In this document: positions 1 through 11,177 of the stretch, piece after piece
Layout of the letters: every line of letters begins with the position of its first letter
Numbering within the stretch: the first letter of the stretch is position 1
Virus record (IMG/VR): IMGVR_UViG_3300007760_000655
Coordinates: 1 to 61,299 of that record
Length of the DNA stretch: 61,299 bases
Reading direction: 5' to 3' (one strand)
From: a virus
Lineage: Duplodnaviria > Caudoviricetes
The notes under the pieces: generated by a model
Told to the model about the DNA's origin: nothing
Databases searched by the model: none
What the model saw: the letters and a program-made list of their open reading frames with translations, nothing else
Made by a program: the position numbers and the translations under genes

Positions 1-3000
1 GATAATAATTTTCAACATTTAGTATTGAATAGCAACGGTACGATAGCTTTTCAACAAAGAACAACTGGTGGGGGTAATATCTTTTATGAATATACAACTC
101 CAGTGTATCGTGACCCTTCAGCTTGGTACCATATTCTTCTTGCAGTAGATACGACACAAGCAACAGATACTAATAGAGTTAAATTTTATGTTAATGGTGC
201 ACAGGTTACGGATTTAAGTTATTCTGGTTCAATTGATAATTATCCAGCCCAAAATTACGAAGGGTTTATTAATGATGCTTTAGAACACCGAATAGGTATA
301 TGGCAAGAAACTGGAGGGGGTGGTAGCCGAGGTGGTCATATGTATATGGCAGAAGTACATTTCATAGACGGACAAGCCTTAACCCCAGCTTCATTTGGAG
401 AAACAGGTACTTATGGTGAATGGAAACCTAAGGAAGTTACAGGTGTGACATACGGAAATAATGGATTCTATCTACCATTCAAGCAAGACTATACAGTAGA
501 GGGTTTTAGTACGGTTACTTGGAAAGGTAATGGAAACTACGGACATTATATTGGTGGTACTGGATTTAAACCAGATTTAATTTGGACAAAAAGACGAGAC
601 GGTTCAGTTTCTCATCAACTTGTAGATGTCATTAGAGGTGCTGGAAATAGACTAAATTCTAATAATACAAACTCAGAAGGTACATATATTGGTGTTAATT
701 CATTTAATTCTGATGGATTTTCATTAGGAACAGATGATGCTTACAATGGAAGCGGTTCATCTTATGTATCTTGGAACTGGGATATGGGTGCTAATAGTCC
801 TACTGGTTTTGGTTGTGTTATTTGGACAGGCAATGCGGTAGATAATCGAGAAATTTCAGGAGTTGGTTTTCAGCCTGATTTAGTTTGGCTTAAGTCTAGG
901 AGTGATGCAGACCATACTTATGTACAAGATTCTGTTAGAGGGGCTCAAAAACAATTAATTACTACTGAAACAGGTGCTGAAACAAGTTATACAAATGGTG
1001 TTAAATCTTTTACTCCTGATGGATTTACATTAGGCACTTCAAATTGGGCTGGTGAAGATAATCAAACAAGAGTTGCTTGGTGTTGGGATATGGGAGGTAC
1101 TACTGCTACTAATACAGATGGTAGTATTACTTCAACTGTAATGGCTAATCCTACTTATGGGCAATCTATAGTATCTTGGGAAGGTACAGAAGCTAATGCT
1201 ACTATTGGACACGGATTAAGTTCTGCACCTGAAATGATAATTGTAAAAAATCGTGATAGAGTTTGTAATTGGGAAGTTTATTATGGAGATAATACAGACT
1301 ACTTAAGATTAAATACAACAGATGCGACAGTTGATAATGTTAATAGATGGAATGATACATCACCAACATCATCTGTTATATCACTAGGAGCAGGAGCAAA
1401 TGTAAATGGTAATAATGAAAGTGTTATAGCATACTGTTTCCATAGTGTATCTGGCTACAGCAAGTTTGGAACTTATACAGGTGATGCTACAACTAACCAC
1501 TCTAATAGTGTAACTTTAGGATTTAGACCAGCATTTTTAATGGTTAAGAAAACAAGCGGTACTGGTAATTGGGTTATAGTTGATAATGTTCGTAATCCAA
1601 TGTCTAATGATGTTGATAAATATGTTAAAGCAGATACTACTGATGCAGAAGCTACACAGTCTGGAGAGTTATTTAAGTTTACTTCTACTGGATTTACAAT
1701 TGGAGCAAATTTAGGTGATGTAAATGCTAGTGGGGCAACTTATGTTTATATGGCATTTGCTGGTGGTATGGATAGTATCTCAGACTACAATGATACTGGC
1801 TCAATAGACTCTAGGGTTAAAGCAAATCCTACTTATGGACAGAGTATAGTTAAATATGTTGGTGACCAGACTTCTGCTCAAACAGTTGGACACGGACTTA
1901 GTTCCGCTCCAGAAATGATAATAGTTAAAGAATTAGAACTTGCTAAAAGTTGGGCTGTTTACCATACAGGTTTAGGAAATACACATTCATTAAAACTAAA
2001 TGATGATAGTGCTACTTATGATAATGTTAATAGGTGGAATGATACTACACCAACTAGCACAGTATTTTCAATAGGTACAAGTGATGAAACGAATTATACT
2101 GACGATAATCATATAGCCTACTGTTTCCATAGTGTAACTGGGTATAGTAAGTTTGATACATATACTGGTACAGCAGGTACTCATACAATTACAACAGGTT
2201 TTAATCCAGCGTTCATAATGATTAAGAGAACTAATACTACTGGTGAACATTGGTATATGTATGACAATACTCGTTTTCCTCATTCACAACAAAATAATGT
2301 AACTGCTAATAATGATAGTGCTGAAAGTGGTAATTCTTCTATGCTGATTAATTATCTTGCTACTGGATTTCAACTAGTTGGTACAAATGCTGGTATCAAT
2401 GCTTCAGGCGATACCTACATCTACGCAGCTTTCGCTGACAAACGAGAGTACGCTTATTGGTTAGACCAATCAGGCAATAATAATGACTGGGCAAGTAATA
2501 ACTTAACAGAGTCAGATATTATGGTTGATAGTCCTACGAATAACTTTGCTACAATGAATCCTTTAATAAATATGTCGGGTGAACAACCATCAAGTTATGC
2601 AGAAGGAAATTTAAAAGTTGTAACACCTGCCTCTGGTAATGGCTATACAAGTGGTACTATGGGTATGAGTAGCGGTAAGTGGTATTGGGAATTTTTAATG
2701 ACTGCCCATACTGGCTCTGCTGCTGCAAAAATTGGTATTACTAAGGGTATCTTAAATAATTCTGGTGCTGAAGCAGGGGATGTAGCAGATGAGTATATTT
2801 ATACTGCCTTAACTGGTTGGAAACAAAATGTTTCGGGTAGTGCTTATGGTGCTACTTGGACTACTGGCGATATTATTGGGGTTACTTATGATGCTGATGA
2901 TGGTGATTTAGTTTTTTATAAAAATAATGTTTCACAAGGAGATGCGTATACTGGATTAACTGGAACTTTCTTTCCAGTTATGTCAGATGCTAGTGGTGCT

Positions 3001-4176
3001 GCTCACGGTGTTACGATTAATTGGAACTTCGGTGCAGACTCAAGTTTCGCAGGTAACAAGACAGCACAAGGCAATCAAGATGGTAATAGTATAGGTGATT
3101 TCTATTATGAACCGCCTAGTGGTTTCTTAGCGTTATGTACATCTAACCTACCAGCAGCAACTGTTACACCTAGTGAGCATTTTAATACTGTGCTTTATAC
3201 TGGAACTACAGGTGGGCAGAGTATTACAGGAGTTGGGTTTCAACCAGATTTATTAGTAATAAAAAATTATCAAAATGCAGGATATAGCCATCAATGGTTT
3301 GATGTTCTTAGAGGTGTTACTAAGGATATTAATTCAAATAGTACTGAACAAGAACAAACTATTTCCGATTCTATGACTTCTTTTGATTCAGATGGATTTA
3401 CTTTAGGTGCTGATTCTAGTAATGCTGAAGTTAATAATAACACTAAGGGTTACATAGCTCACAGCTGGAAAGGTGGTGGTAGTGGTTCGGCTAATACTGT
3501 TGGTGATATAGATTCTACAGTAAGTGTTAATACAGATGCTGGGTTTAGTATTGTTAGTTATACTGGTGATGGTAATTCTCCTGCTACCATAGGACACGGA
3601 TTGTCTAAAGCACCAGAACTGATTCATATTAAGAATAGAACAGATGTTGATAGCTGGATTTCTTTTACCACAGTTATTGATGGCTCTCTTGATTATATGT
3701 ATCTTAATTTGACAAATGCTAAAGCAAACTTAGGTATCTCAACTCCAACATCTACTGTATTTAGTGTTGATGATGGCAACCAAATAAATGGTTCAGGTGA
3801 TGCACATATAGCCTACTGTTTTCACTCTGTAGATGGCTACTCTAAGGTCGGTTCATATACTGGTAATGGTAATGCTGATGGTACATTTGTGTACACAGGA
3901 TTCAGACCTGCTTATGTTTTAATAAAGCCATCAAGCCGAACTGGTCATTGGCATATAGTTAATAATGAATCAAGTCCTAGTAATGTGGTTGATAAAGTTA
4001 TATTTGCTAATGATAGTGCAGCAGAATATACAGACCCATCTGCTGATTGTAAAAAAGACTTTTTATCAAATGGTTTTAAGATAAGAACAACAGATGACAA
4101 CACCAATGAAAGTGGTTCGACATACATTTACATAGCATTTGCAGAAACACCTTTTAAATACGCAAACGCTAGATAG
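1..4176 (+). CDS. Tail fibre / receptor-binding protein, LamG/SPRY (ConA-like) domains plus repeated modules; 5' truncated by window
   Basis: Frame open from base 1; repeated modules (GVGFQPDLVW, GHGLSSAPEM, IAYCFHSV, GFRPAF), SPRY-like GKWYWE; paralogous to 7278..10712. Confidence 0.75.
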   Translation, partial: DNNFQHLVLNSNGTIAFQQRTTGGGNIFYEYTTPVYRDPSAWYHILLAVDTTQATDTNRVKFYVNGAQVTDLSYSGSIDNYPAQNYEGFINDALEHRIGIWQETGGGGSRGGHMYMAEVHFIDGQALTPASFGETGTYGEWKPKEVTGVTYGNNGFYLPFKQDYTVEGFSTVTWKGNGNYGHYIGGTGFKPDLIWTKRRDGSVSHQLVDVIRGAGNRLNSNNTNSEGTYIGVNSFNSDGFSLGTDDAYNGSGSSYVSWNWDMGANSPTGFGCVIWTGNAVDNREISGVGFQPDLVWLKSRSDADHTYVQDSVRGAQKQLITTETGAETSYTNGVKSFTPDGFTLGTSNWAGEDNQTRVAWCWDMGGTTATNTDGSITSTVMANPTYGQSIVSWEGTEANATIGHGLSSAPEMIIVKNRDRVCNWEVYYGDNTDYLRLNTTDATVDNVNRWNDTSPTSSVISLGAGANVNGNNESVIAYCFHSVSGYSKFGTYTGDATTNHSNSVTLGFRPAFLMVKKTSGTGNWVIVDNVRNPMSNDVDKYVKADTTDAEATQSGELFKFTSTGFTIGANLGDVNASGATYVYMAFAGGMDSISDYNDTGSIDSRVKANPTYGQSIVKYVGDQTSAQTVGHGLSSAPEMIIVKELELAKSWAVYHTGLGNTHSLKLNDDSATYDNVNRWNDTTPTSTVFSIGTSDETNYTDDNHIAYCFHSVTGYSKFDTYTGTAGTHTITTGFNPAFIMIKRTNTTGEHWYMYDNTRFPHSQQNNVTANNDSAESGNSSMLINYLATGFQLVGTNAGINASGDTYIYAAFADKREYAYWLDQSGNNNDWASNNLTESDIMVDSPTNNFATMNPLINMSGEQPSSYAEGNLKVVTPASGNGYTSGTMGMSSGKWYWEFLMTAHTGSAAAKIGITKGILNNSGAEAGDVADEYIYTALTGWKQNVSGSAYGATWTTGDIIGVTYDADDGDLVFYKNNVSQGDAYTGLTGTFFPVMSDASGAAHGVTINWNFGADSSFAGNKTAQGNQDGNSIGDFYYEPPSGFLALCTSNLPAATVTPSEHFNTVLYTGTTGGQSITGVGFQPDLLVIKNYQNAGYSHQWFDVLRGVTKDINSNSTEQEQTISDSMTSFDSDGFTLGADSSNAEVNNNTKGYIAHSWKGGGSGSANTVGDIDSTVSVNTDAGFSIVSYTGDGNSPATIGHGLSKAPELIHIKNRTDVDSWISFTTVIDGSLDYMYLNLTNAKANLGISTPTSTVFSVDDGNQINGSGDAHIAYCFHSVDGYSKVGSYTGNGNADGTFVYTGFRPAYVLIKPSSRTGHWHIVNNESSPSNVVDKVIFANDSAAEYTDPSADCKKDFLSNGFKIRTTDDNTNESGSTYIYIAFAETPFKYANAR

Positions 4177-4219
4177 TCTAGCAAATTTTTTAACAAACAA
4201 AGCAAATCAAGGAGACAAT

Positions 4220-4831
4220 ATGTGGTATTACAATTCACAGATTATTAAGACACCAAAAGCAATGACTATTGGTGACGTAACGTATCCGCCGGGCATTTTC
4301 CGAGATTCGGCGACCTTGACTTCCTTAGGCATTAAGCCTTACAGTCAAGTAACTCCAGATAGTAGATATTACTGGAATGGAGCTTTCACGGTGGATACAT
4401 CAGGAGCAGAAGTAGTGGGAACTTATGCAGGAACAGCTAGAGACGTAGCAACCTTAAAAACAGGTATGTTAGACAAAGCTGATAATCATGCAGCTGGTTT
4501 ACATAAAGCTATAGATTGGTATTGGTCTAGAGCCTCTAAAGGAGGTACAGCAGTACCAGCTAATATAGCTACTTATGCTACAACTTTATATAGTGAGCAT
4601 GAAACAATTAAGACAGCAATAGCTGCTCTTGATACTTTAGACAAAATTAAGGCTTACGAAAATAAGCCTCATACTGAAACTAGAAAAGTTAAGCATACAG
4701 CAGAGAATGGCGATGTTACTTATGGGCCAGATACAACTACTCATACTAGAGAGATAGATATGTGTACACACTTCACAGCTAATCCTACAGATGAGGTAGA
4801 CCCTGCATTTGTATCATTAGTAGCAGATTAA
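4220..4831 (+). CDS. Putative tail-fibre assembly/chaperone-like protein
   Basis: ATG at 4220 follows GGAG SD; lies directly after a fibre gene; DWY...R motif typical of such proteins. Confidence 0.45.
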   Translation: MWYYNSQIIKTPKAMTIGDVTYPPGIFRDSATLTSLGIKPYSQVTPDSRYYWNGAFTVDTSGAEVVGTYAGTARDVATLKTGMLDKADNHAAGLHKAIDWYWSRASKGGTAVPANIATYATTLYSEHETIKTAIAALDTLDKIKAYENKPHTETRKVKHTAENGDVTYGPDTTTHTREIDMCTHFTANPTDEVDPAFVSLVAD

Positions 4832-4841
4832 GGAGTAAACT

Positions 4842-5078
4842 ATGGGCAAAGCAAGACAACTAGCAGAACTACTAGATAGTACAGGAGATGTTTTCGCAGA
4901 ATTTTTAGATAATACAGATGCAAATATTACAACTAAAGGTCTGTATGAACATGCCCATACTATTAGTACAGATTATACAATAGCTACAAATAAGAACGCT
5001 CTGACAGCAGGGCCGGTAACGATAGCTACAAGCGCCTCAGTAACGATTCCAACGGGATCGACCTGGGTAATAGCATAG
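4842..5078 (+). CDS. Small virion/tail-fibre-associated protein
   Basis: AAGGAG SD; C-terminal ALTAGPVTIA..VTIPTGSTW motif common in marine phage fibre clusters. Confidence 0.5.
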   Translation: MGKARQLAELLDSTGDVFAEFLDNTDANITTKGLYEHAHTISTDYTIATNKNALTAGPVTIATSASVTIPTGSTWVIA

Positions 5079-5087
5079 AGGTAAATT

Positions 5088-6494
5088 ATGGCAATCACAA
5101 TTTCAGGTACAGGAATAACAAGTGCTCAAATACAGGCTGATGGAATAGATGGCAGTAAGATAGCTGATGATGTTATTAATAGTGAACATCTAGCGGCAGG
5201 TGGTATTGATAATGAACATTTAGCTACGGGTATTGATGCGGCTAAATTAACTGGTACTTTACCTGCTATAAGTGGGGCTAACTTAACTAACCTTAATTTA
5301 GAATCAATTAGAAGAGATATAGCAACTCTAGCACTACACTCTGCAATAGCAGATAACAAAGCTGCATTTAATCTTCCCAATTCTTTTATAGACCAGTTTG
5401 AAGATGATTCAGGACTTGGCACACAAACAGATGTAGATAGAAATACTACTAGTGAATATGTATCTTCAATAACTCCCGCTGTTGGAGTAAACAGTAATAC
5501 AAAAATACTGCTTCATATGGATGACACTTCTTTAACTGACAGTTCTGGAACATCTGTATCAACTACCGTTACTGGTACAACGAGAAGTTCTGCTCAATCT
5601 AAATTTGGTGGTTATTCGGCTTTATTTGATGGTTCTGAGTATATTACATTTGCTAATGTACCTGCAATAGGCAGTAGTTTATGGGGATTGGATTTTTGGT
5701 GGCGACCAACAAATGTAACTGGTTCTGGAAGGCAAACATTTTTTGCTGGAGTGACTGATGGTCAATGGTTTGCATTTGGTCTTTCTGAAAGTGATACTAA
5801 ATTACAATTAGAAGTAGCAGCTAGTGGAGGTAATTGGCAAAGTTTAGGTACTCCAAAAGGAGCAAAAAATAGTTGGAATACTGGTCAATGGTATCACATA
5901 GCAATAGCAAGAACTTCAGATACAAATATTTCGTGGTATGTTGATGGTACTTTAGATAAATCACAAACAATAGCATCTGGTTCAATTAGCACTACTGGTC
6001 AGCCAAGATTGAGTGAATGGGGTGGAAACCAAAGTTGGTATATTGATGGATATATAGACGAATATCGTATGCAAATTGGAGAAAATCCTTTAGCTGTGGC
6101 AGCTGACCCATTATATATTGCTAGCTCTACATTTACACCACCAACTACAGCTTATTCAGCAGAAGTAGCTAGTGCAACTGGAACATTAATTTCAACAGCA
6201 CAGACTGCTAATGCTGCTCAAACAAAAGTAAGTGGAGTTATTCTTTATAAGAATGAAGAAGGTACAGCTACTTTAGGAACAGATTTAAAAGTTTATTTCA
6301 CTTGCAACGGGGGAAGTAACTGGACTGAAAGTACTCCAGTTGCAGCTGGAACATTTAGTACAGGAATCTTAATGGCAAAATGTCCAGAAGTAACTTGTAC
6401 AAGCGGAACTGATGTTAGATATAAAGTTGTATGGGCAAATCAATCAAGTGGGTCAAAAGAAACACAACTTCATGGCATAGGAATGAATTATTAA
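5088..6494 (+). CDS. Tail fibre protein with ConA/LamG domain
   Basis: LLHMD, QSKFGGYSALFDG, WYHIAIAR, GYIDEYR LamG motifs. Confidence 0.7.
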   Translation: MAITISGTGITSAQIQADGIDGSKIADDVINSEHLAAGGIDNEHLATGIDAAKLTGTLPAISGANLTNLNLESIRRDIATLALHSAIADNKAAFNLPNSFIDQFEDDSGLGTQTDVDRNTTSEYVSSITPAVGVNSNTKILLHMDDTSLTDSSGTSVSTTVTGTTRSSAQSKFGGYSALFDGSEYITFANVPAIGSSLWGLDFWWRPTNVTGSGRQTFFAGVTDGQWFAFGLSESDTKLQLEVAASGGNWQSLGTPKGAKNSWNTGQWYHIAIARTSDTNISWYVDGTLDKSQTIASGSISTTGQPRLSEWGGNQSWYIDGYIDEYRMQIGENPLAVAADPLYIASSTFTPPTTAYSAEVASATGTLISTAQTANAAQTKVSGVILYKNEEGTATLGTDLKVYFTCNGGSNWTESTPVAAGTFSTGILMAKCPEVTCTSGTDVRYKVVWANQSSGSKETQLHGIGMNY

Positions 6495-6530
6495 TATTAT
6501 GAAAACAAAGTACATAAAGGAGAGTAACTT

Positions 6531-7262
6531 ATGAGTACATTAAAGAGCTCATCTACCGATTTAACACTAAACGCAGATGGCGTCGGTAATGACATCATTT
6601 TTCAGTCAAATGCGGGACAAATCGGCTCCTTAACTGCCGAAGGTGTGTTAACAGCTACTACTTTTACTGGAGCTTCAACAGACTCTACTAAATTACCTTT
6701 AGCTGGTGGTACTATGACAGGTGACTTAAATCTTGGTGATAGTGTAGGAATGAATCTTGGTACTAGTAGCGATTTAAGATTGTATCACGATGGTAGTAAC
6801 TCCTATATCAAAGACCAAGGTACTGGTAATTTGAAAATTTATGGAAGTCAAATAGATATTATTGGAACTGATGAAACTATGGCTACATTTGTTGATGATG
6901 GTGCTGTAACTTTGTATCATAATAATGCTTCAAAAATTGCAACATCTGCAAACGGAGTAACTGTAACTGGTGCAGCAGTAGGAACAATGACCACAGATAA
7001 TGATGGTTCATTTGCCTTAAGTGCTAGTAATCACTTTAAGTGTACTCCATCAGGAAATTTCACATTAACTTTCACAAGTATTGTGTCACAATCTGGTAAC
7101 ATACTACTTGTTAATTCAGGTGGACATACCGTGTCAGCACATGCTAATACTAAAGTAGACGCTAATTTTTTATCAACAATATCTACAGCAGGAACATATT
7201 TATTAGCCTATTTTTCAGACGGTACTAACGTCTATATGACTAATTCAGCAATTTATACATAA
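6531..7262 (+). CDS. Tail fibre-like structural protein
   Basis: KLPLAGGTMTGDL and DLRLYHDGSNSYI fibre repeats. Confidence 0.6.
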   Translation: MSTLKSSSTDLTLNADGVGNDIIFQSNAGQIGSLTAEGVLTATTFTGASTDSTKLPLAGGTMTGDLNLGDSVGMNLGTSSDLRLYHDGSNSYIKDQGTGNLKIYGSQIDIIGTDETMATFVDDGAVTLYHNNASKIATSANGVTVTGAAVGTMTTDNDGSFALSASNHFKCTPSGNFTLTFTSIVSQSGNILLVNSGGHTVSAHANTKVDANFLSTISTAGTYLLAYFSDGTNVYMTNSAIYT

Positions 7263-7277
7263 AGGAGTAATTATACA

Positions 7278-10200
7278 ATGTCTTTAATTCCAGCAACAGC
7301 CATACCTGCCTCCTCAGGAGATTTCACTTTAGACCAGAGTCTTAGGTTTGAAGATGGAGATAGTGTTTATTTAAGTAAGACACCAGCTAGTGCTAGTAAT
7401 CGTAGAACTTTTACTTTTAGTGTATGGTTTAAAAGAGGTAATATTTCCTATGGAGCACCACATTTATTTCAACCATTTACTGATGTTAATAATTATGATG
7501 CAATAATGATAAATAGTTCAGACCAAATGATTATAAAAGGACAAGTAAGTGGTAGTTCTTCTTATAATTATACAACAAATCAAAAATTTAGAGATACTTC
7601 TGCTTGGTATCATATAGTTGTTGCTTTTGATACTACAAATGGAACTGCTGGAAATAGAATTAGGCTATATGTAAATGGAACAGAAGTTACAAGTTTTGCA
7701 ACAGAAACAAATCCAAGTGAAAATTTAGACACTAGATATAATTTAGATGTACTCCACAGAGTAGGTGCAAATGGCAGTGGTGGAGAATTATATGATGGCT
7801 ATATGGCAGAGATGCACTTCATAGATGGTACTGCCTTAACACCATCTTCATTCGGAGAAACAGGTGATTACGGAGAGTGGAAACCTAAAGAAGTAAGTGG
7901 AGTAACTTATGGTACTAATGGATTCTATCTACCATTCAAGCAAGACTATGAAGTAGAAGGTTTTAGTGCTAATGTTTATACGGGTACTGGTGCTGCTGAT
8001 AACATAGTGCCAGGTGTAGGCTTTTCACCAGATTTAGTTTGGATTAAAAATAGAACAAATGGGGGTTATTGGGGCACTATATATGACCAAATTAGAGGAA
8101 CTGAAGAGGCTCTATATCCTAATGACTCATCCGCTGAATCTACTATATCCAGTACTTTAACAGCGTTTAATACTGATGGTTTTACAGTGGGTACTAATGT
8201 AGGTTTAAATACAGATGATAACCCACACGTTGCTTGGTGCTGGGATATGGGTGGCTCTAATGCTTCTAACACTAACGGAAGTATTACTTCAACTGTCAGA
8301 GCAAATACTACTTATGGACAGAGTATAGTTTCTTATACTGGTACAGGTTCTAATGCCACAGTAGGACACGGACTTAGTTCTGCACCAGAAATGATGATTA
8401 TTAAACGCAGAAGTTCAAGTCAAAGTTGGTTTGTATACCATGATGGAATAGCTGCTGATGCACAAACTGATGCAATAAAATTAAATTCAACTGCTGCTGC
8501 TTTTGATGACGATGGTGCGTGGAATGATACTGCACCAACAAATGCTTTATTTAGTTTAGGTTCTTCTGGTGGTGTTAATCAAAGTAGTGGAACATATATA
8601 GCCTACTGTTTCCATAGTGTAACTGGGTATAGTTCATTTGGAACTTATAGTGGTACAGGTGGCACAGGAAATGTTACTACAGTTGGATTTAGACCTGCGT
8701 TTATAATGGTTAAAAAATCAAGCGGTACTGGTGATTGGATGATATTTGATACTGCTAGACAACCTGCACCAGATGCCAATAAAACACATAAATATTTAAA
8801 GGCTAATGAACCAAATGCTGAATATACAGCAGGTGATGATGCAGCGGTTACTATAACTGATACATCATTTCAGATGTTTGGAAATATTGGTAATACTAAT
8901 ACTAATGGTCAAACTTATATCTATATGGCTTTCGCTGACAAACGAGAGTACGCATACTGGCTAGACCAAAGTGGTAACAATAATGACTGGACTTCTAATA
9001 ACCTAACAGAGTCAGATATTATGGTTGATAGTCCTACGAATAACTTTTGTACTTATAATCCTTTATCTTCAAATGAAGTATCAGTTCTAATGGAAGGTAA
9101 TTTAAAAAATTACGGAACTAATAATACAGCGACTAATGCTACTTTTGGTGTAACAACAGGAAAATGGTATTGGGAAGTTAGTTGGAACGCTGATATTGCT
9201 ACATCAACAGTTTCTTGGAATGGTGTTACAAGTCATTCACAGGAAAACGATGGCGATACTGCACCAACTATGGTTGGTACTGCTGGCAGGTCAGTATATA
9301 GAAATAAGGGTACTAATACCCAATATAAAGACTATACAGCAACTTCTAGTACAGACGATACTGATGTGGATGCTGGTGGTATTATGGGTTTTCGACTTGA
9401 TATGGATGGTGGTTCTCTCAAGTATTACCGTAATAATACGCTAGTTCATACTGATAGCACTATACCTACAGATGGTACAGTTATATATCCTGTTGCTATG
9501 AATAATAATTCTGGGGTTGCTCGTTATAATTCAAGGGTAGCAAACTTCGGACAAGACTCAAGTTTCGCAGGTACTCAGACAGCACAAGGCAATCAAGATT
9601 CTAATGGTATAGGTGATTTCTATTATGAACCACCTAGTGGCTTCTTAGCATTATGTACATCTAACTTGCCAGCAGTAGCTGTTACACCTAGTGAGCATTT
9701 TAATACTGTGCTTTATACAGCTAATGCTGGAACTAATGCTATTACAGGAGTTGGCTTTCAACCAGATTTAAGTTGGTTTAAGATTAGAAGTTCTACTGGT
9801 AGTCCAGTTTTGTTTGATGCAATAAGAGGTGTAAATAGTGGATTAGCATCTAATCAAACTGCTGCTGAATATATTGCTGCTTCTGATAAAGACCTTGTTT
9901 CTTTTGACTCTGATGGATTTACATTAGGTGCTGGAGAAGATTGGGCGTCTGTAAACCAAACAAACGGTACAACACACGTTGCTTGGAACTGGAAAGCAAA
10001 TGGTAGTGGTTCATCTAATACTAATGGTTCTATAAATACGACAGCAACTTCTGCTAATGTTGACGCTGGGTTTAGTATTGTTACTTGGGTTGGAAACGAA
10101 GGTGCTGATGAAACTGTAGGACACGGATTATCTAAAGCACCAGAAATAATAATTGCTAAAGTATATAGTGGTTTGACAGGCTCTTGGGCAACCTATGTAA

Positions 10201-10712
10201 AAAGCTTAGGCAATAATAAAAAATTGCACCTGAACGGCACTGATGCTGTAACTACAGATACAGATGTTTGGGCAGAAACCACACCTACAGCAAGTGTATT
10301 TTCAATAGGAACTGATACAGAAACAAACTGGGATGGTAGAAGTTACGTAGCCTACTGTTTCCACTCTGTAGATGGCTACTCTAAGGTTGGTTCATATAAA
10401 GGTAATGGAAATAATGACGGAACATTTATTTATACAGGGTTTAGACCTAAATGGGTATTAATTAAAGAATCAAGTCATTCTGGAGAAAATTGGAATATAT
10501 ATGATGGAGTAAGAGATACCTATAATTATGTAAGTAAAGCTTTATTTCCAAATACAAGTGGTGCTGAAACATCTGGTGTATCACAATCTTTAGATTTTGT
10601 GTCTAATGGTTTCAAAATAAGATACAACAATAATCATTATAACGATTCTGCAAGTACATACATCTACTTAGCCTTCGCAGAAACACCTTTTAAATATTCA
10701 AACGCTAGATAA
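7278..10712 (+). CDS. Tail fibre / receptor-binding protein (LamG + SPRY + repeats), paralogue of 1..4176
   Basis: Same architecture and the same C-terminus AFAETPFKYxNAR. Confidence 0.75.
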   Translation: MSLIPATAIPASSGDFTLDQSLRFEDGDSVYLSKTPASASNRRTFTFSVWFKRGNISYGAPHLFQPFTDVNNYDAIMINSSDQMIIKGQVSGSSSYNYTTNQKFRDTSAWYHIVVAFDTTNGTAGNRIRLYVNGTEVTSFATETNPSENLDTRYNLDVLHRVGANGSGGELYDGYMAEMHFIDGTALTPSSFGETGDYGEWKPKEVSGVTYGTNGFYLPFKQDYEVEGFSANVYTGTGAADNIVPGVGFSPDLVWIKNRTNGGYWGTIYDQIRGTEEALYPNDSSAESTISSTLTAFNTDGFTVGTNVGLNTDDNPHVAWCWDMGGSNASNTNGSITSTVRANTTYGQSIVSYTGTGSNATVGHGLSSAPEMMIIKRRSSSQSWFVYHDGIAADAQTDAIKLNSTAAAFDDDGAWNDTAPTNALFSLGSSGGVNQSSGTYIAYCFHSVTGYSSFGTYSGTGGTGNVTTVGFRPAFIMVKKSSGTGDWMIFDTARQPAPDANKTHKYLKANEPNAEYTAGDDAAVTITDTSFQMFGNIGNTNTNGQTYIYMAFADKREYAYWLDQSGNNNDWTSNNLTESDIMVDSPTNNFCTYNPLSSNEVSVLMEGNLKNYGTNNTATNATFGVTTGKWYWEVSWNADIATSTVSWNGVTSHSQENDGDTAPTMVGTAGRSVYRNKGTNTQYKDYTATSSTDDTDVDAGGIMGFRLDMDGGSLKYYRNNTLVHTDSTIPTDGTVIYPVAMNNNSGVARYNSRVANFGQDSSFAGTQTAQGNQDSNGIGDFYYEPPSGFLALCTSNLPAVAVTPSEHFNTVLYTANAGTNAITGVGFQPDLSWFKIRSSTGSPVLFDAIRGVNSGLASNQTAAEYIAASDKDLVSFDSDGFTLGAGEDWASVNQTNGTTHVAWNWKANGSGSSNTNGSINTTATSANVDAGFSIVTWVGNEGADETVGHGLSKAPEIIIAKVYSGLTGSWATYVKSLGNNKKLHLNGTDAVTTDTDVWAETTPTASVFSIGTDTETNWDGRSYVAYCFHSVDGYSKVGSYKGNGNNDGTFIYTGFRPKWVLIKESSHSGENWNIYDGVRDTYNYVSKALFPNTSGAETSGVSQSLDFVSNGFKIRYNNNHYNDSASTYIYLAFAETPFKYSNAR

Positions 10713-11177
10713 TTATTGTCTAACCCAAACCCAGTCAGATTTCTTTCTATCAGTTAGATAGTCGTCTAACTTTGCTAAATAAAACCCATCTGAAAAGTAA
10801 AAGTGCCTATAATCATTTATAGGCTCTTCTAAAAACGCACAAAACCACTTACTTCTATCGAACTTAAATACTAATAATGGGTGTTCTGCGTCATTCTCTT
10901 TAGTTTCTCTAATTGTTTGTTCCCACCATTCTACTACTTGTGGAGTTTTATTACTAAGCATTTTACTTGTAAGATGGTCATCTTTATAATGCTTTACCTC
11001 TACACAGTACTTATTCAATTCTTTAGGAATATATACATCACCTTTTAAACCATGTTTCACATCTAGTGAGCCAGACAAGGGTATTCTTTCCCAATTCCAC
11101 CCAGTAATAGGAGTTAAATACTTACAGAGAGCTAATTCTGCTCTGCTGCCTTTAGCCTTACTTTTATTTACTGCCAC
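10713..11177 (-). CDS. D14: D14-like endonuclease (Holliday-junction resolvase fold)
   Basis: SKAKGSRAE, RIPLSG, KGD, EVK (PD-(D/E)xK); T5 synteny. Confidence 0.85.
   Translation of the reverse strand: MAVNKSKAKGSRAELALCKYLTPITGWNWERIPLSGSLDVKHGLKGDVYIPKELNKYCVEVKHYKDDHLTSKMLSNKTPQVVEWWEQTIRETKENDAEHPLLVFKFDRSKWFCAFLEEPINDYRHFYFSDGFYLAKLDDYLTDRKKSDWVWVRQ

Noticed and set aside
1-10712. Diversity-generating retroelement acting on the fibre paralogues
   Set aside because: Both copies are full coding genes, differences are not adenine-restricted, and no reverse transcriptase is in the window
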